From the NCBI GenBank assembly GCA_902632605.1, contig CACPDB010000001.1:137090-201089 (forward strand): a stretch of DNA of 64,000 nucleotides, read 5' to 3'. Both the position numbers and the translations under genes were made by a program. The notes under the pieces were generated by a model. That model worked only from the letters and a program-made list of their open reading frames with translations. It had not been told where the DNA came from and made no database searches. The stretch comes from an uncultured SAR86 cluster bacterium. Lineage in GTDB: Bacteria > Pseudomonadota > Gammaproteobacteria > Magnimaribacterales > AG-339-G14. This document shows positions 10,563 to 21,558 of the stretch, piece by piece. Positions within the stretch are counted from its first letter, which is position 1. Each line of letters begins with the position of its first letter.

Positions 10563-13379
10563 TTACTGACATGCCTCGCAGTCAGGATCGTCAATGGAAC
10601 ATGCTTCTGGCTGATCATAGGTTTTAGGTTCAGTCTTTACAGCATTGAGCTCCATATTGGTTATTGTTGATTTTTCGGTTGTTGTGGCACTTCTTGATCT
10701 TAGATAGTAAGTCGTTTTCAAACCTCTTAACCATGCCATTCGGTACATAACATCGAGTTTCTTACCGTTAGGCTCTGAAACATAGAGATTCAATGACTGA
10801 CTCTGATCTATCCATTTTTGTCTTCTGCTTGCTGCTTCAATTAACCACTTGGGCTCTACCTCAAAAGAGGTAGCGAACAGCTTCTTAATGTCTTCTGGTA
10901 CTCTGGCTATAGTTTCTAAGCTTCCGTTGAGGTTCTTAAGATCGTAAACCATAACCTCATCCCACATATCTATTTCTTTAAGCGCATCAACTAGATGCAT
11001 GTTTATGACAGTAAACTCTCCAGAGAGATTTGATTTCACAAACAGGTTTGAATAGGTAGGTTCGATTGATTGAGTTAAACCTGTGATATTGGCAATCGTT
11101 GCTGTTGGTGCTATTGCCATAGTATTTGAGTTTCTCATCCCTTGAGTTTTTACTTTTTCTCTGAGAGCGTCCCAGTCAAGACGAGTTGTCTTATCAACCT
11201 CGATGTAATCTTTACCTCTTTGTTTTTCAAGAATTTCAATTGAGTCGAGCGGCAATATTCCTTGACTCCAAAGAGAACCCTCATAAGAAGAGTAAGAACC
11301 CCTTTCTTTGGCTAAATCAGAAGATGCGTTAATTGCCATATAGCTCACTAACTCCATTGACTCATCTGCAAAATCAACTGCCGCTTCTGACGCGTAAGGT
11401 ATTTTCTTAATGTAAAGCGCATCTTGAAAACCCATAATTCCCATGCCTATAGGTCTGTGCTTAAAGTTAGAGTTTTCTGCCTGAGGCACCGCGTAGTAAT
11501 TTATGTCTATCACGTTATCAAGCATTCTTATTGCTGTGGTTACATTTTTTTCGAGCTTCTCTTTGTCTAGGTTTCCTTCTGCATCAAGATGATTAGGAAT
11601 GTTTATTGAACCTAAGTTACAGACTGCAATTTCATCATTTGAAGTATTAAGAGTAATTTCTGTACATAGGTTTGATGAATGTATTACCCCAGTATGTTGT
11701 TGCGGAGATCTGAGATTACAAGCGTCTTTAAAGGTTATCCAAGGATGACCGGTTTCAAAAAGCATGGACAATATTTTTCGCCATAATTCTTCCGCTTCCA
11801 CTTCTTTGTAAGCTTTAAGCTTTCCTTCCTGAGCAAGCTTTTCATATTCTTCATACTTTTCTTTGAATGCTTCTCCAGAAAGATCGTGTAATTCAGGTGT
11901 TTCGTTTGGAGTGAAGAGGGTCCACTTTTTCCCTTCAAACACTCTTTCCATGAAAAGATCTGGAACCCAATTGGCAGTATTCATATCGTGAGTTCTTCTT
12001 CTATCGTCCCCAGTATTTTTTCTCAGCTCAACAAATTCTTCGATATCCAGATGCCAAGTTTCTAGGTACGCACAAACAGCTCCCTTTCTTTTTCCGCCTT
12101 GATTTACAGCAACCGCTGTATCGTTGACTACTTTTAAAAACGGAACAACCCCTTGGGATTTCCCGTTTGTGCCTTTGATATGGGCTCCCATTCCTCTTAC
12201 GGGTGTCCAGTCATTACCTAGACCGCCCGCCCATTTTGAAAGCATGGCATTATCTTGAAGTGCGCCATAAATTCCATGCAAGTCATCAGGGACAGTAGTC
12301 AAATAGCATGAAGACAATTGAGAATGCATGGTTCCTGCATTGAATAGGGTAGGCGTTGAACTCATATAATCGAATGAAGACAGCAACTCGTAGAATTCTA
12401 GGGCTCGTTGTTCTCTGTTTTCCTCGTTTAGTGCTAAGCCCATTGCGACTCTCATAAAGAATACTTGTGGAAGTTCAAATCTTATTTCATTTGAGTGAAT
12501 GAAATACCTATCGTATAGAGTTTGAATCCCCAGGTAGGAGAAAAGTAAGTCATTTTCTGGACTCATCGCTTTACCGAGTATGTCTAAATCGTAGTTCGCT
12601 AACTCTGGGTTAAGAAGTTCTAAATCAATTCCTTTTTTTATAAATGCTTTTAAAGCTTCAGGGTAGAGATTTGACATTTCCTCATGAGTTGCGTTCTCTG
12701 TTATCTCTAGGAAAGAAAGAGCTTCTGACCTTAGACTATCTAATAGAATTCGCGCTGTTGCAAAAGTATAGTTTGGCTCCACTTCAACGAGTGAACGCGC
12801 GGAGAGCACCAATGCCTCTTTTACTTCATGTTCTGGCGCTCCTTCATAAAGGTTTTTGTTTGCTTCTGAAATAATTTTTTCACTGTCTGTTCCTTCTAGA
12901 CCGTTGCATGCTTCTTTCGCAATGACCTCAATTCTTTCAGAAGTTTCAAGCTTCTCCTTTTCTGGACGATCGTGAATATGAGTTTCTATTGCTCTTTGGT
13001 TTGCTCTCTCAGCACGATATAAAACATATTCTCTTGCAACCTTGTGTTCTTCAGAGCGCATCAAAGCCAGTTCTACCTGATCTTGAATTTCTTCTATATG
13101 TATAGTTCCGCCAGATGGCATTCTCTTTCTAAAGATATCTTCAACTTGACTACTTAAAGCCGATACTCTGCTATGAACGCTTGAAGAAGCTGCTGCAGCA
13201 CTAGTATGTACAGCAAGAAAGGCTTTTGTAATAGCAATTTCTATTTTAGAACCATCAAAATCAACTACAGAACCATTTCTCTTAATAATCCTTAGTTGAC
13301 CTGGTGAAACCATAGTTTTTTTTGGTTCCGATTGAACTGATTCTTGATTCTTCTCTTCTATTGTTCCTGTTGTTTCCAA
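10563..13379 (-). CDS. nrdA: Ribonucleotide reductase class Ia alpha subunit with ATP cone
   Basis: IIKRNG ATP-cone, SSCYL, SNLCTEI, APTAT, KTTYYLR and C-terminal C.....CEAC. Confidence 0.97.
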   Translation of the reverse strand: METTGTIEEKNQESVQSEPKKTMVSPGQLRIIKRNGSVVDFDGSKIEIAITKAFLAVHTSAAAASSSVHSRVSALSSQVEDIFRKRMPSGGTIHIEEIQDQVELALMRSEEHKVAREYVLYRAERANQRAIETHIHDRPEKEKLETSERIEVIAKEACNGLEGTDSEKIISEANKNLYEGAPEHEVKEALVLSARSLVEVEPNYTFATARILLDSLRSEALSFLEITENATHEEMSNLYPEALKAFIKKGIDLELLNPELANYDLDILGKAMSPENDLLFSYLGIQTLYDRYFIHSNEIRFELPQVFFMRVAMGLALNEENREQRALEFYELLSSFDYMSSTPTLFNAGTMHSQLSSCYLTTVPDDLHGIYGALQDNAMLSKWAGGLGNDWTPVRGMGAHIKGTNGKSQGVVPFLKVVNDTAVAVNQGGKRKGAVCAYLETWHLDIEEFVELRKNTGDDRRRTHDMNTANWVPDLFMERVFEGKKWTLFTPNETPELHDLSGEAFKEKYEEYEKLAQEGKLKAYKEVEAEELWRKILSMLFETGHPWITFKDACNLRSPQQHTGVIHSSNLCTEITLNTSNDEIAVCNLGSINIPNHLDAEGNLDKEKLEKNVTTAIRMLDNVIDINYYAVPQAENSNFKHRPIGMGIMGFQDALYIKKIPYASEAAVDFADESMELVSYMAINASSDLAKERGSYSSYEGSLWSQGILPLDSIEILEKQRGKDYIEVDKTTRLDWDALREKVKTQGMRNSNTMAIAPTATIANITGLTQSIEPTYSNLFVKSNLSGEFTVINMHLVDALKEIDMWDEVMVYDLKNLNGSLETIARVPEDIKKLFATSFEVEPKWLIEAASRRQKWIDQSQSLNLYVSEPNGKKLDVMYRMAWLRGLKTTYYLRSRSATTTEKSTITNMELNAVKTEPKTYDQPEACSIDDPDCEACQ

Positions 13380-13421
13380 AACAATTCCTTCTTAAAAAAT
13401 TAACTAAAATGGGTATAAAAA

Positions 13422-13468
13422 ACACAACATGTTGTGGTTTCTTAATAATAGGGTACAAGATAAAGGGT
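13422..13468. promoter_or_regulatory. Tandem NrdR boxes upstream of nrdA
   Basis: ACACAACATGTTGTGG (13422-13437) and GTACAAGATAAAGGGT (13453-13468), 31 bp apart. They match the acaCwAtATaTwGtg consensus and typical spacing. Confidence 0.85.
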
Positions 13469-13506
13469 TTTTAACAAAAAAGCAATACAACAATTTATGA
13501 AAATTT

Positions 13507-13536
13507 AGTGGATAGGCTGTGTATAAGTGTATATAA
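13507..13536. promoter_or_regulatory. DnaA boxes upstream of nrdA
   Basis: Perfect TGTGTATAA (13518-13526) flanked by degenerate AGTGGATAG (13507) and TGTATATAA (13528). Confidence 0.6.
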
Positions 13537-13544
13537 ATGTGTTC

Positions 13545-14987
13545 ATGTCTAAGTATTACATATCAATAGATCAAGGCACCACTAGTTCAAGGGCAGTTCT
13601 ATACGACAGCTCCTTTAACCAAATAACTCAAGAACAACAAGAATTTAAACAACACTATCCCGCAGAAGGATTGGTTGAGCATGACCCTGAAGAAATTTGG
13701 ACTTCAGTACTTAATACAGTGAATTCCTTGATGAGAAAGAAAGGCATCAATAGCTCCGATGTTATCTCTATTGGCATTACTAATCAAAGGGAAACGGTAA
13801 TGCTTTGGGACAAAGATGGCGAAGTTTTAGATAAAGCCGTTGTATGGCAAGATCGCAGAACAGCTGAATTTTGTGAGAAGCTCAAAGGTAAAGGTATTGA
13901 GTCAAAAGTTACAGAAAAAACCGGTCTTTTACTCGATCCTTACTTTTCAGCAACTAAAGCACGTTGGCTGCTGAAAGAACATAAAATTGATCCAAACAAA
14001 TATTTTTTTGGCACTGTTGATACATTTCTTGTTTGGAAGTTAACGGAAGGAAAAAGCTTCAAAACAGATGTAACCAATGCATCAAGGACATTATTATTAA
14101 ATATTGATTCTGTCGAATGGGACACAGACTTGATAGACATATTTGAGTTAGGCGGCTTAAATTTACCTGAAGTAACAAAGAACACCGCAGATTTTGGCTC
14201 AACCAAGCTTTTTGGTGGGGAAATAAAAATATCTGGCATTGCAGGAGACCAACAAGCGTCTCTAATAGGACAAGGTTGTTTTGCTAAAGGACAGTTGAAA
14301 AGTACCTACGGCACAGGATGTTTTTTAATGGCAAACACTGGCAAAAAAAGACAAAACTCCTCAAATAAGCTTCTATCAACGATAGCCTACCAAGTGGACG
14401 ATTTATGCTATGCCCTAGAAGGAAGTATCTTTATGGCTGGAGCTAATTTTCAATGGCTTAGAGACAAAATGAACTTTTTCGAAGACGTCCGCGAATCTGA
14501 AGAACTGGCTAAAAGAGCAGATCCCAATACCAACGTTTTTCTCATTCCTGCTTTTGTGGGTTTAGGAGCTCCGCATTGGGTTCCTGATGCCAGAGGAGCT
14601 ATTTTTGGACTTACAAGAGACTCCGGCAGAGAAGAATTGAGTTTAGCTACACATGAAGCAGTCGCTTTTCAGACTAAAGAGATCATATCTTCTTTAGAAA
14701 ATGACGGAATTAAAGTAGATAGTGTAAGAATTGATGGAGGTTTAACGAGAAATGCTTTTTTCAATCAGATTTTATCCAGCGTCATTGAATTGGAAGTTTT
14801 ATGCTCCAAAACGGTTGAATCTACTGCTTTGGGTGCTGCTTATCTTGCTGGTATTGGAGCTGGGGAAGTTTCTCTGGAAGATGTTTCAAAGAATTGGTCT
14901 CCGAAAGAAGAGTATAATCCAGATTCTAGTTATGATTTAGAACGGTACGATACTTGGAAAGAATTTTTAAACAGATTAATCAGCTAA
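13545..14987 (+). CDS. glpK: Glycerol kinase
   Basis: IDQGTTSSR, GITNQRET, WQDRRT, GDQQA, KSTYGTGCF. Confidence 0.95.
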   Translation: MSKYYISIDQGTTSSRAVLYDSSFNQITQEQQEFKQHYPAEGLVEHDPEEIWTSVLNTVNSLMRKKGINSSDVISIGITNQRETVMLWDKDGEVLDKAVVWQDRRTAEFCEKLKGKGIESKVTEKTGLLLDPYFSATKARWLLKEHKIDPNKYFFGTVDTFLVWKLTEGKSFKTDVTNASRTLLLNIDSVEWDTDLIDIFELGGLNLPEVTKNTADFGSTKLFGGEIKISGIAGDQQASLIGQGCFAKGQLKSTYGTGCFLMANTGKKRQNSSNKLLSTIAYQVDDLCYALEGSIFMAGANFQWLRDKMNFFEDVRESEELAKRADPNTNVFLIPAFVGLGAPHWVPDARGAIFGLTRDSGREELSLATHEAVAFQTKEIISSLENDGIKVDSVRIDGGLTRNAFFNQILSSVIELEVLCSKTVESTALGAAYLAGIGAGEVSLEDVSKNWSPKEEYNPDSSYDLERYDTWKEFLNRLIS

Positions 14988-15872
14988 CAAAAATTCAAGA
15001 AGACTTTGCTGAGCATGCAATCTATTCTCTGCTTGGTCCCAGACCATACTTTTTGTATGTTCTAGCATTGTGAAGCTTATTTCTTCACCTCTGTGAGCAG
15101 GCAAGCAATGCAAAAAGATTGCATTGTCATCAGCAAGAACCATGTCTTCTTCTTCAATAAAGAAATTTTTAAAGGTTTTTCTTCTCTCTTTTGAAGAGGA
15201 TTCGTTATTCATGGAAGTCCACACATCCGTCGTGACGATTTGGGCTTTTTCAAGAGCTTCATTTTTTGATGATGCTAATGTAATGAAATCTCTAGCAGTA
15301 TTTAGCAATGGTTGATATGGCTCACAACCTTTGGGGCAAAAAATACTGATTTCAAAATCAAAAATGGAGGCTGCCTCAATATAAGAATTGCAAACATTAT
15401 TTCCATCTCCAATCCAACATACTTTTTTAAGAATTTCTCCCTGGTTTTTTTCTTTGAAAGTCATCAAGTCGGCAAGAATTTGACAAGGATGGAATAAATC
15501 AGTTAAACCGTTAATCACAGGGACAGAGGAATTCTCTGAAAAAAGCATCAATTCTTCATGATTGTCGTTTCTAATCACAACGGCATCAACCATGGAAGAC
15601 AATACTTTTGCAGTATCTGGAATTGGTTCTCCTCTAGACATTTGCAACTCAGATGAACTTAGGAAAATTGAGTTGCCCCCCAATTTATTCATAGCTAATT
15701 CAAAGGAAACTCTAGTTCTGGTGGATGGCTTTTGAAAAATTAGACCAAGAGTTTTTTTGTCAAAAATATTTGATGTTTCTGATTTTGATTTAATCTCAAT
15801 CGCCCTTTCTATGATATGAGTAAGTTCTTCTTTAGAAAAATTATCAAAATTTAAGAAATGCTTTGGTCTCAT
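14976..15872 (-). CDS. argF: Ornithine carbamoyltransferase
   Basis: STRTR, HPCQ, DVWTSM, HCLP, QAENR. Confidence 0.95.
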   Translation of the reverse strand: MRPKHFLNFDNFSKEELTHIIERAIEIKSKSETSNIFDKKTLGLIFQKPSTRTRVSFELAMNKLGGNSIFLSSSELQMSRGEPIPDTAKVLSSMVDAVVIRNDNHEELMLFSENSSVPVINGLTDLFHPCQILADLMTFKEKNQGEILKKVCWIGDGNNVCNSYIEAASIFDFEISIFCPKGCEPYQPLLNTARDFITLASSKNEALEKAQIVTTDVWTSMNNESSSKERRKTFKNFFIEEEDMVLADDNAIFLHCLPAHRGEEISFTMLEHTKSMVWDQAENRLHAQQSLLEFLLAD

Positions 15873-15943
15873 TTAATTTAAGTTATAGAATTGCAGATTC
15901 AAAAACTAATACTAATAGACTTCATTAAATAAATAAAATTCAT

Positions 15944-17125
15944 ATGACGCAAAAAATTAAAACCTTCAATGCAATTGCTCAGATGGGTCTAAAAATCCTT
16001 CAAGAAAAAAAATTTGAGGTATCCGATGACCTTTCTAATCCGGATGCAATTATATTAAGAAGCCATAAACTCAAAAAGGAAGATTTTGGTAATAATCTTA
16101 AAGCTATAGCTAGAGCCGGAGCTGGGGTGAATAACATTCCTGTCGAAGAATGTTCTGAGCTTGGAATTCCTGTATTTAATACTCCAGGAGCGAATGCTAA
16201 TGCAGTTAAAGAAATAGTTTTAGCAGCACTTTTAATGTCTTCCAGAGGTCTTTTTCAAGGAGCAAATTTTGTTAATTCTATAGAAGAGTCAAATCAAGAA
16301 GAATTAAAACCTTTAATTGAGTCTGGAAAAAAAAGTTTCAAGGGTAGAGAACTTAATGGCGGGACTTTAGGCGTTGTAGGTATGGGAGCTATAGGCTCTA
16401 AAGTTGCTGATATGGGAGTAATGTTAGGCATGAATGTTATTGGCTACGATCCAGCTATAACGGTTGAAGCTGCTTGGAAATTGCCTAATAAAGTTGAACG
16501 AAAAGAAAGTATTGAAGATGTTTTCAAAGAATCTGACTACGTCTCTCTGCATGTACCTGCAAATGATAAAACTAAGGGCCTTATAAATTCTGATTTGCTT
16601 AAAAACGCTAAAAATGGCTTAAGACTTATAAATTTTGCAAGAGATGAAATAGTTGTTTCAAAAGACATTATAGAAAGCCTAGATAAAAATATTCTTAGCA
16701 AATACATCACAGACTTTGCTGATTTAGACTTAATCTCTAGAGCTAAAACAGCTAACGATGTCATAATTTTGCCTCACATTGGAGCAAGTACAAGCCAAGC
16801 AGAAGAAAATTGCTCTGTCATGGCTGCCGAACAGCTCGACGATTTTTTGAATAATGGAAATATTAAAAATTCAGTAAATTTTCCTGAGTTAATAGAACCT
16901 AGGCCTTCAGAATTTAGGATTACGCTTTCAAATAAGAACCATCCTGGAATGATAGGTAAAATTACCACCGTACTGGCTGACAATAGTTTGAACATCATAG
17001 ATATGGTGAATAAAAGTCGAGGCGACATTGCATACAATGTAATTGATCTGGAAACCAAACCACCTGAAAAAGTTTTGGTTGAGTTATCTGCTCTCGATGA
17101 TGTTATTTCCGTAAGAGAGGTATAA
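15944..17125 (+). CDS. serA: D-3-phosphoglycerate dehydrogenase with C-terminal ACT domain
   Basis: RAGAGVNNIP, NTPGANA, GMGAIG, PHIGAST, ACT tail. Confidence 0.88.
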   Translation: MTQKIKTFNAIAQMGLKILQEKKFEVSDDLSNPDAIILRSHKLKKEDFGNNLKAIARAGAGVNNIPVEECSELGIPVFNTPGANANAVKEIVLAALLMSSRGLFQGANFVNSIEESNQEELKPLIESGKKSFKGRELNGGTLGVVGMGAIGSKVADMGVMLGMNVIGYDPAITVEAAWKLPNKVERKESIEDVFKESDYVSLHVPANDKTKGLINSDLLKNAKNGLRLINFARDEIVVSKDIIESLDKNILSKYITDFADLDLISRAKTANDVIILPHIGASTSQAEENCSVMAAEQLDDFLNNGNIKNSVNFPELIEPRPSEFRITLSNKNHPGMIGKITTVLADNSLNIIDMVNKSRGDIAYNVIDLETKPPEKVLVELSALDDVISVREV

Positions 17126-17127
17126 AA

Positions 17128-17889
17128 ATGACTAAACCAGTTGCAATTGTTACAGGTGGTAGTAGAGGAGTTGGCGCCGAGGTTTCAAAACTTCTTGCAA
17201 GCAAAGGTTGGAACATAGCAATCACTTGTTCTAGCTCAATAGAAGCAGCAAATGATGTAAGTAAAGAGTGTGAAACGTTAGGAGCAGAGACAATAGTTCT
17301 AAAAGCAGATGTTTCACAGCCAGATTCTTGTGCTCAAACAGTGAAAGAAACCATAAAAAAATGGGGAAAACTGGATGCTTTGATAAATAATGCTGGCACC
17401 ACAAAATTCAATGCGCATGATAATTTAGACGGCCTTTCCAAAGATGATTTTCTTGGATTGTATGCAACAAATACTGTGGGCCCCTATATGATGATCAAAG
17501 AAGCAAGAGAAAGCCTCCTTGAGTCAGATAATCCTTCGGTTGTAAATGTTGCTTCGATAGCGGGAGTTTTAGGAATAGGTAGTTCAGTAGCATATGCTGC
17601 ATCAAAAGGTGCTTTGATAAATATGACCAAGTCTCTTGCTAGAGCTTTAGGACCAATCAGAATTAATGCAATATGCCCAGGATTTATTCAAGGAGATTGG
17701 TTGAAAAATGGTTTGGGTGAGGAAACTTATGAGTTTGTGAAAAAATCTACTGAAGAGAATGTTCCTTTAAACTTAACTTGTACGGCAGAGCAGGTTGCAG
17801 AAACCATCTGTTATTTCATAGAATCAGGATCAACGATAACAGGAGAAACTTTATTGCTTGATGGTGGAATGCATTTGGGCAATTATTAA
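17128..17889 (+). CDS. SDR family oxidoreductase
   Basis: TGGSRGVG, NNAG, YAASK. Confidence 0.88.
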   Translation: MTKPVAIVTGGSRGVGAEVSKLLASKGWNIAITCSSSIEAANDVSKECETLGAETIVLKADVSQPDSCAQTVKETIKKWGKLDALINNAGTTKFNAHDNLDGLSKDDFLGLYATNTVGPYMMIKEARESLLESDNPSVVNVASIAGVLGIGSSVAYAASKGALINMTKSLARALGPIRINAICPGFIQGDWLKNGLGEETYEFVKKSTEENVPLNLTCTAEQVAETICYFIESGSTITGETLLLDGGMHLGNY

Positions 17890-17892
17890 GCC

Positions 17893-18984
17893 CTAAAAAT
17901 ATTTTTCCACATATTCTTTTGTAAAACCTACAATCTCGTCTTCTCGTCCTTCTTTAACCTTCAAAACCCATTCTGGATCAGATAAGAGAGCTCTACCTAC
18001 GGCAACCATATCGAATTCTTCTCTATCGAACATCTCTAGAAGAGTTTTAATGGATGAAGCATTCGCTTTATCATTACCAACATACAAGCCTATAAAATCT
18101 GAATCAAGTCCCACACTTCCCACCGTAATAGTAGGCTTGTTGGTAATTTTTTTGGTCCAGCCTGCAAGATTTAAATCAGACCCCTCAAATTCTGGTTCCC
18201 AGTATCTTCTTGTACTAGCATGAAAAACATCAACCCCAGAATCAGATATAGGCCCTAAAAAACTCTCCAAATCTTTAGGAGTAGGAGCAAGTATCGCGTC
18301 ATAATCTTGTTGTTTCCACTGAGAAAATCTCAGCATTATTGGAAAATCATTTCCAACAAGTTTTCTAGCGCGTGAAACTATTTCGCAGACAAACTTTGTT
18401 CTTAAATCTTCTTCTTTGCCGTATTTATCTTTTCTTACGTTAGTATCTCGCCAGAAAAATTGATCGATCATATATCCATGAGCTCCATGAAGCTCTACGC
18501 CATCAAAACCTAACATTTTAATAATCTCTATATCTTTCACATAGTTCTGAATGAGATCTTCAACGTCGTTATCGGTCATTTCATAAGCTACTTTTTTATC
18601 TTTTCTGACTAATCCTGAAGGTGTGTAACCAGGTACTTCAGGATTTGGGGGTTGACCGGGTTTTCTTATTCCTCCCACATGCCATAGTTGGCAAAATATT
18701 GTAGAACCTTCTTCCTGAACAGCAGAAATTAAATTTTTCCAACCCTCATGAGAATCTTTTCTTAAATTAGGAACATTAGGATAGCCGCTCGATGCAGGGT
18801 GACTTACTTCAACACCCTCTGTAATGATCATCCCAACTTCTGCAGCTGCTCTGCGTTTGTAATATTCTAAATTTTGATTTGTAGGAATACCATTTGGAGA
18901 CATGCTTCTAGTCATAGGCGCCATTGCTATTCTGTTTGGTATAACTAAGTTATTGATTTTTATTGGTTTAAATAATGCTTCCAT
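17893..18984 (-). CDS. NADH:flavin oxidoreductase (old yellow enzyme family)
   Basis: NRIAMAPMTR, QLWHVG, ELHGAHGY, VGRALL. Confidence 0.9.
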   Translation of the reverse strand: MEALFKPIKINNLVIPNRIAMAPMTRSMSPNGIPTNQNLEYYKRRAAAEVGMIITEGVEVSHPASSGYPNVPNLRKDSHEGWKNLISAVQEEGSTIFCQLWHVGGIRKPGQPPNPEVPGYTPSGLVRKDKKVAYEMTDNDVEDLIQNYVKDIEIIKMLGFDGVELHGAHGYMIDQFFWRDTNVRKDKYGKEEDLRTKFVCEIVSRARKLVGNDFPIMLRFSQWKQQDYDAILAPTPKDLESFLGPISDSGVDVFHASTRRYWEPEFEGSDLNLAGWTKKITNKPTITVGSVGLDSDFIGLYVGNDKANASSIKTLLEMFDREEFDMVAVGRALLSDPEWVLKVKEGREDEIVGFTKEYVEKYF

Positions 18985-19246
18985 TTTTACCTCTATTTGT
19001 ATTCAAAATTGATAAGATCCTGTCAGAATAGGAATATTTTTTATAGTAACTTTTATATGAGTTACACACAAAAGTTTATTTAATTTTTTTAAATTCAAGT
19101 CATGTCTATCTTTGCTTGCATTATCATGGTGCAAACCTAATAACTTTATAAGTTATTGTTTTTATTGATTTTTTTTAAAGTGGTTAAAAATTAACCAATT
19201 TAGAAAAAATACTTATGTTTAAAGGCTTCAATCAATCTTCCTTATT

Positions 19247-19281
19247 TTATCCAAAGAGTTATCCACAATTTCTGTGGATAA
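19247..19281. promoter_or_regulatory. Cluster of three DnaA boxes (DARS-core-like)
   Basis: TTATCCAAA-gag-TTATCCACA-atttc-TGTGGATAA. Confidence 0.75.
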
Positions 19282-19312
19282 AAAAAATAAAATATTTGTT
19301 AATATTTCTTCT

Positions 19313-19981
19313 ATGGTTGAACCCTTAGAATCTTGGAAAAAAGTCGCTGCCGAATATGGTTTAAGAGAAATATTAAAGACTATTAAAAAAAAATTATCTG
19401 AAGTCTCTTTAAAGAAAAAGCAAATATATCCCAGTAGCAAAGACATTTTTAAGGCTTTTGAATTAACGTCTTTTGAAGACGTAAAAATTATAATACTTGG
19501 ACAAGATCCCTATCATGGCCCAAATCAGGCAAATGGCTTGGCTTTTTCAGTGAATTCAAAGGTAAGATTTCCCCCATCTCTATTGAACATATTTAAAGAA
19601 TATTCAACAGATTTAAATTTACCTATACCCACAGATGGAAATTTGTCAGCTTGGGGAGAGCAAGGAGTGCTGCTTTTAAATTCTATCTTAACTGTAGAAT
19701 CAGGATTGCCAGGATCGCATAAGGATTTTGGGTGGGAAGAATTTACCAATCAGATTATCAAAGCTTTAAGTGATAAAAAATCAAATTTAGTTTTTATCTT
19801 ATGGGGGGCTTATGCTCAATCAAAAGAAATTCTTATAGATTCTTCAAAGCATTTAATCATTGCATCTTCTCATCCATCGCCATTATCGGCTCATAGAGGT
19901 TTTTTTGGATCAAAACCTTTTTCTAAGACTAACGATTATCTTAAAAAAAACAAAAACGAAGAAATAGATTGGGAAATATAA
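19313..19981 (+). CDS. ung: Uracil-DNA glycosylase
   Basis: GQDPYH, GLAFS, GVLLLN, HPSPLS. ATG at 19313 is preferred because the track start lies inside a DnaA box. Confidence 0.95.
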   Translation: MVEPLESWKKVAAEYGLREILKTIKKKLSEVSLKKKQIYPSSKDIFKAFELTSFEDVKIIILGQDPYHGPNQANGLAFSVNSKVRFPPSLLNIFKEYSTDLNLPIPTDGNLSAWGEQGVLLLNSILTVESGLPGSHKDFGWEEFTNQIIKALSDKKSNLVFILWGAYAQSKEILIDSSKHLIIASSHPSPLSAHRGFFGSKPFSKTNDYLKKNKNEEIDWEI

Positions 19982-19984
19982 ATA

Positions 19985-20656
19985 CTATAGAACGTTTAAA
20001 ATTTGTCCATCTAGAAAAATAGATTTAGCTTGATCATCTTTGTTTTTGAAAAAAATAAAGCCATATTTGCCTTCTTTAGATAAAACCTCACCAACTTTTT
20101 TCCCTTCTTCATTATAAATTGAATACTCCTTAATCTCATTTTGAAAATTATCTACAATTTTAAGAGCAAATTTCAATTTCCCTCTATATTCCATTCTTGC
20201 AATTACTTCTTGGCCGTTAAAGCAGCCTTTTGAAAAATCAATTAGCTCATTATTTTGATAATTAAGTTCATGAGGAGTAAATTTTGAGGAAGTATGTTTA
20301 TTTACTTCCACTATTCCTTTGTTTATTAGAAATTTCATCCATTCAGTTGAGTCTAGTTCTTTTTTAAAGTAGTCATTTTCTTTTTTTTCCAATTGAGCAT
20401 CAAAGAAAGGGATATATTTGTTCATATGCTCTTCAAAAAAAATGCACAATTCCTCTAAAATTGCGATTTTGAATCCATCTTCTACTTTTTTAATCCAAAA
20501 AGTTGCGATAACTCTTCCTTTGTTGTTACAAATACAGGCAGGTTTAAAATCTTTATATGAAATCTTTTCGATATCTATCGTAATTTGCCCTTGTAAGAAT
20601 TCTGAAGCCTGAGGTCCTTGAATAAAGATAGAAGTATGCTTTTCTGAAAAATTCAT
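19985..20656 (-). CDS. ygfZ: YgfZ folate-binding Fe-S/tRNA-modification factor (short form)
   Basis: FLQGQIT and KGCFNGQEVIAR (KGCY.GQE signature). Confidence 0.85.
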   Translation of the reverse strand: MNFSEKHTSIFIQGPQASEFLQGQITIDIEKISYKDFKPACICNNKGRVIATFWIKKVEDGFKIAILEELCIFFEEHMNKYIPFFDAQLEKKENDYFKKELDSTEWMKFLINKGIVEVNKHTSSKFTPHELNYQNNELIDFSKGCFNGQEVIARMEYRGKLKFALKIVDNFQNEIKEYSIYNEEGKKVGEVLSKEGKYGFIFFKNKDDQAKSIFLDGQILNVL

Positions 20657-20691
20657 GCTTTTTATATTTTACTGATTATATAATTCTTTCT

Positions 20692-20940
20692 GTGAGCGAC
20701 CTATTAAATAAAGCTAAATTTAAGGCAAGAAGAGGTTTGAATGAATTAGATAAAATCTTAGTACCTTTTGTAGAAAAAAGGTTCTTATCTTTAGATAATT
20801 CTCAAATAGATCAACTTTTCGAACTCTTTGAAATTGATGACGTTTCTTTAGCAGACATCATCATTTACAAAAAAATGGATTATCCAATCAAACTCAAAAG
20901 AATATTTGAAGAAATATTTGAATTTTATAGTGAAATTTAG
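20692..20940 (+). CDS. sdhE: Succinate dehydrogenase assembly factor SdhE
   Basis: RRGLNELD (RGxxE motif). Divergent from ygfZ as in other gammaproteobacteria. Confidence 0.85.
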   Translation: MSDLLNKAKFKARRGLNELDKILVPFVEKRFLSLDNSQIDQLFELFEIDDVSLADIIIYKKMDYPIKLKRIFEEIFEFYSEI

Positions 20941-20942
20941 CT

Positions 20943-20968
20943 GAACTTGTGGACAATACGCTTGTCTA
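20943..20968 (+). promoter_or_regulatory. SigmaE-dependent autoregulatory promoter
   Basis: GAACTT-N16-TCTA directly upstream of rpoE. Confidence 0.75.
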
Positions 20969-20981
20969 TAAGAAATAGGAC

Positions 20982-21557
20982 ATGGAAAACGATATAAACA
21001 TTATTAATCTTGTTAAAAAAGGGGATGTGAGAGCCTTCGATATCCTTGTGGTCAAATACCAAGATAGACTAGTTTATTCTGTTTATAAGTTCTGTAAAGA
21101 CTTTGAATTATCTCAAGACATTTCTCAAGAAGCTTTTGTAAAAGCTTTTAAAAATATTGATAAATTTAGGGGAGAAAGCTCTTTTTATACTTGGATTTAC
21201 AGAATTGCTATCAATACAGCAAAAAACTATTTTTCAAATAAATCTAGAGGAGCTGAAACCTATAATGAAGACGCACTGGATAGTGCTTTGTCCGATTTAT
21301 CAATGAATTCAGATAACCCTGAAACTCTTTTAGCAGCAGAAGAAATGAAAGATGCAGTAAGCCAAGCTTTTCAAAATTTGCCTGATGAAATAAGATCGAC
21401 TTTATCTTTGAGAGAATATGATGGATTGAGCTATGAAGAAATAGCTAAAGTTCAAAACTGCCCAATTGGTACGGTGAGATCTAGAATCTTTAAAGGGAGA
21501 GAGCTTATTAATGAAACTTTTTCTAAATTAGGACTGTCTAAAACTTGGAGTAATTAG
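20982..21557 (+). CDS. rpoE: RNA polymerase sigma factor RpoE/AlgU
   Basis: FRGESSFYTWIYRIAINTAKN, GLSYEEIA, PIGTVRSRIF. Confidence 0.95.
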   Translation: MENDINIINLVKKGDVRAFDILVVKYQDRLVYSVYKFCKDFELSQDISQEAFVKAFKNIDKFRGESSFYTWIYRIAINTAKNYFSNKSRGAETYNEDALDSALSDLSMNSDNPETLLAAEEMKDAVSQAFQNLPDEIRSTLSLREYDGLSYEEIAKVQNCPIGTVRSRIFKGRELINETFSKLGLSKTWSN

Positions 21558-21558
21558 T

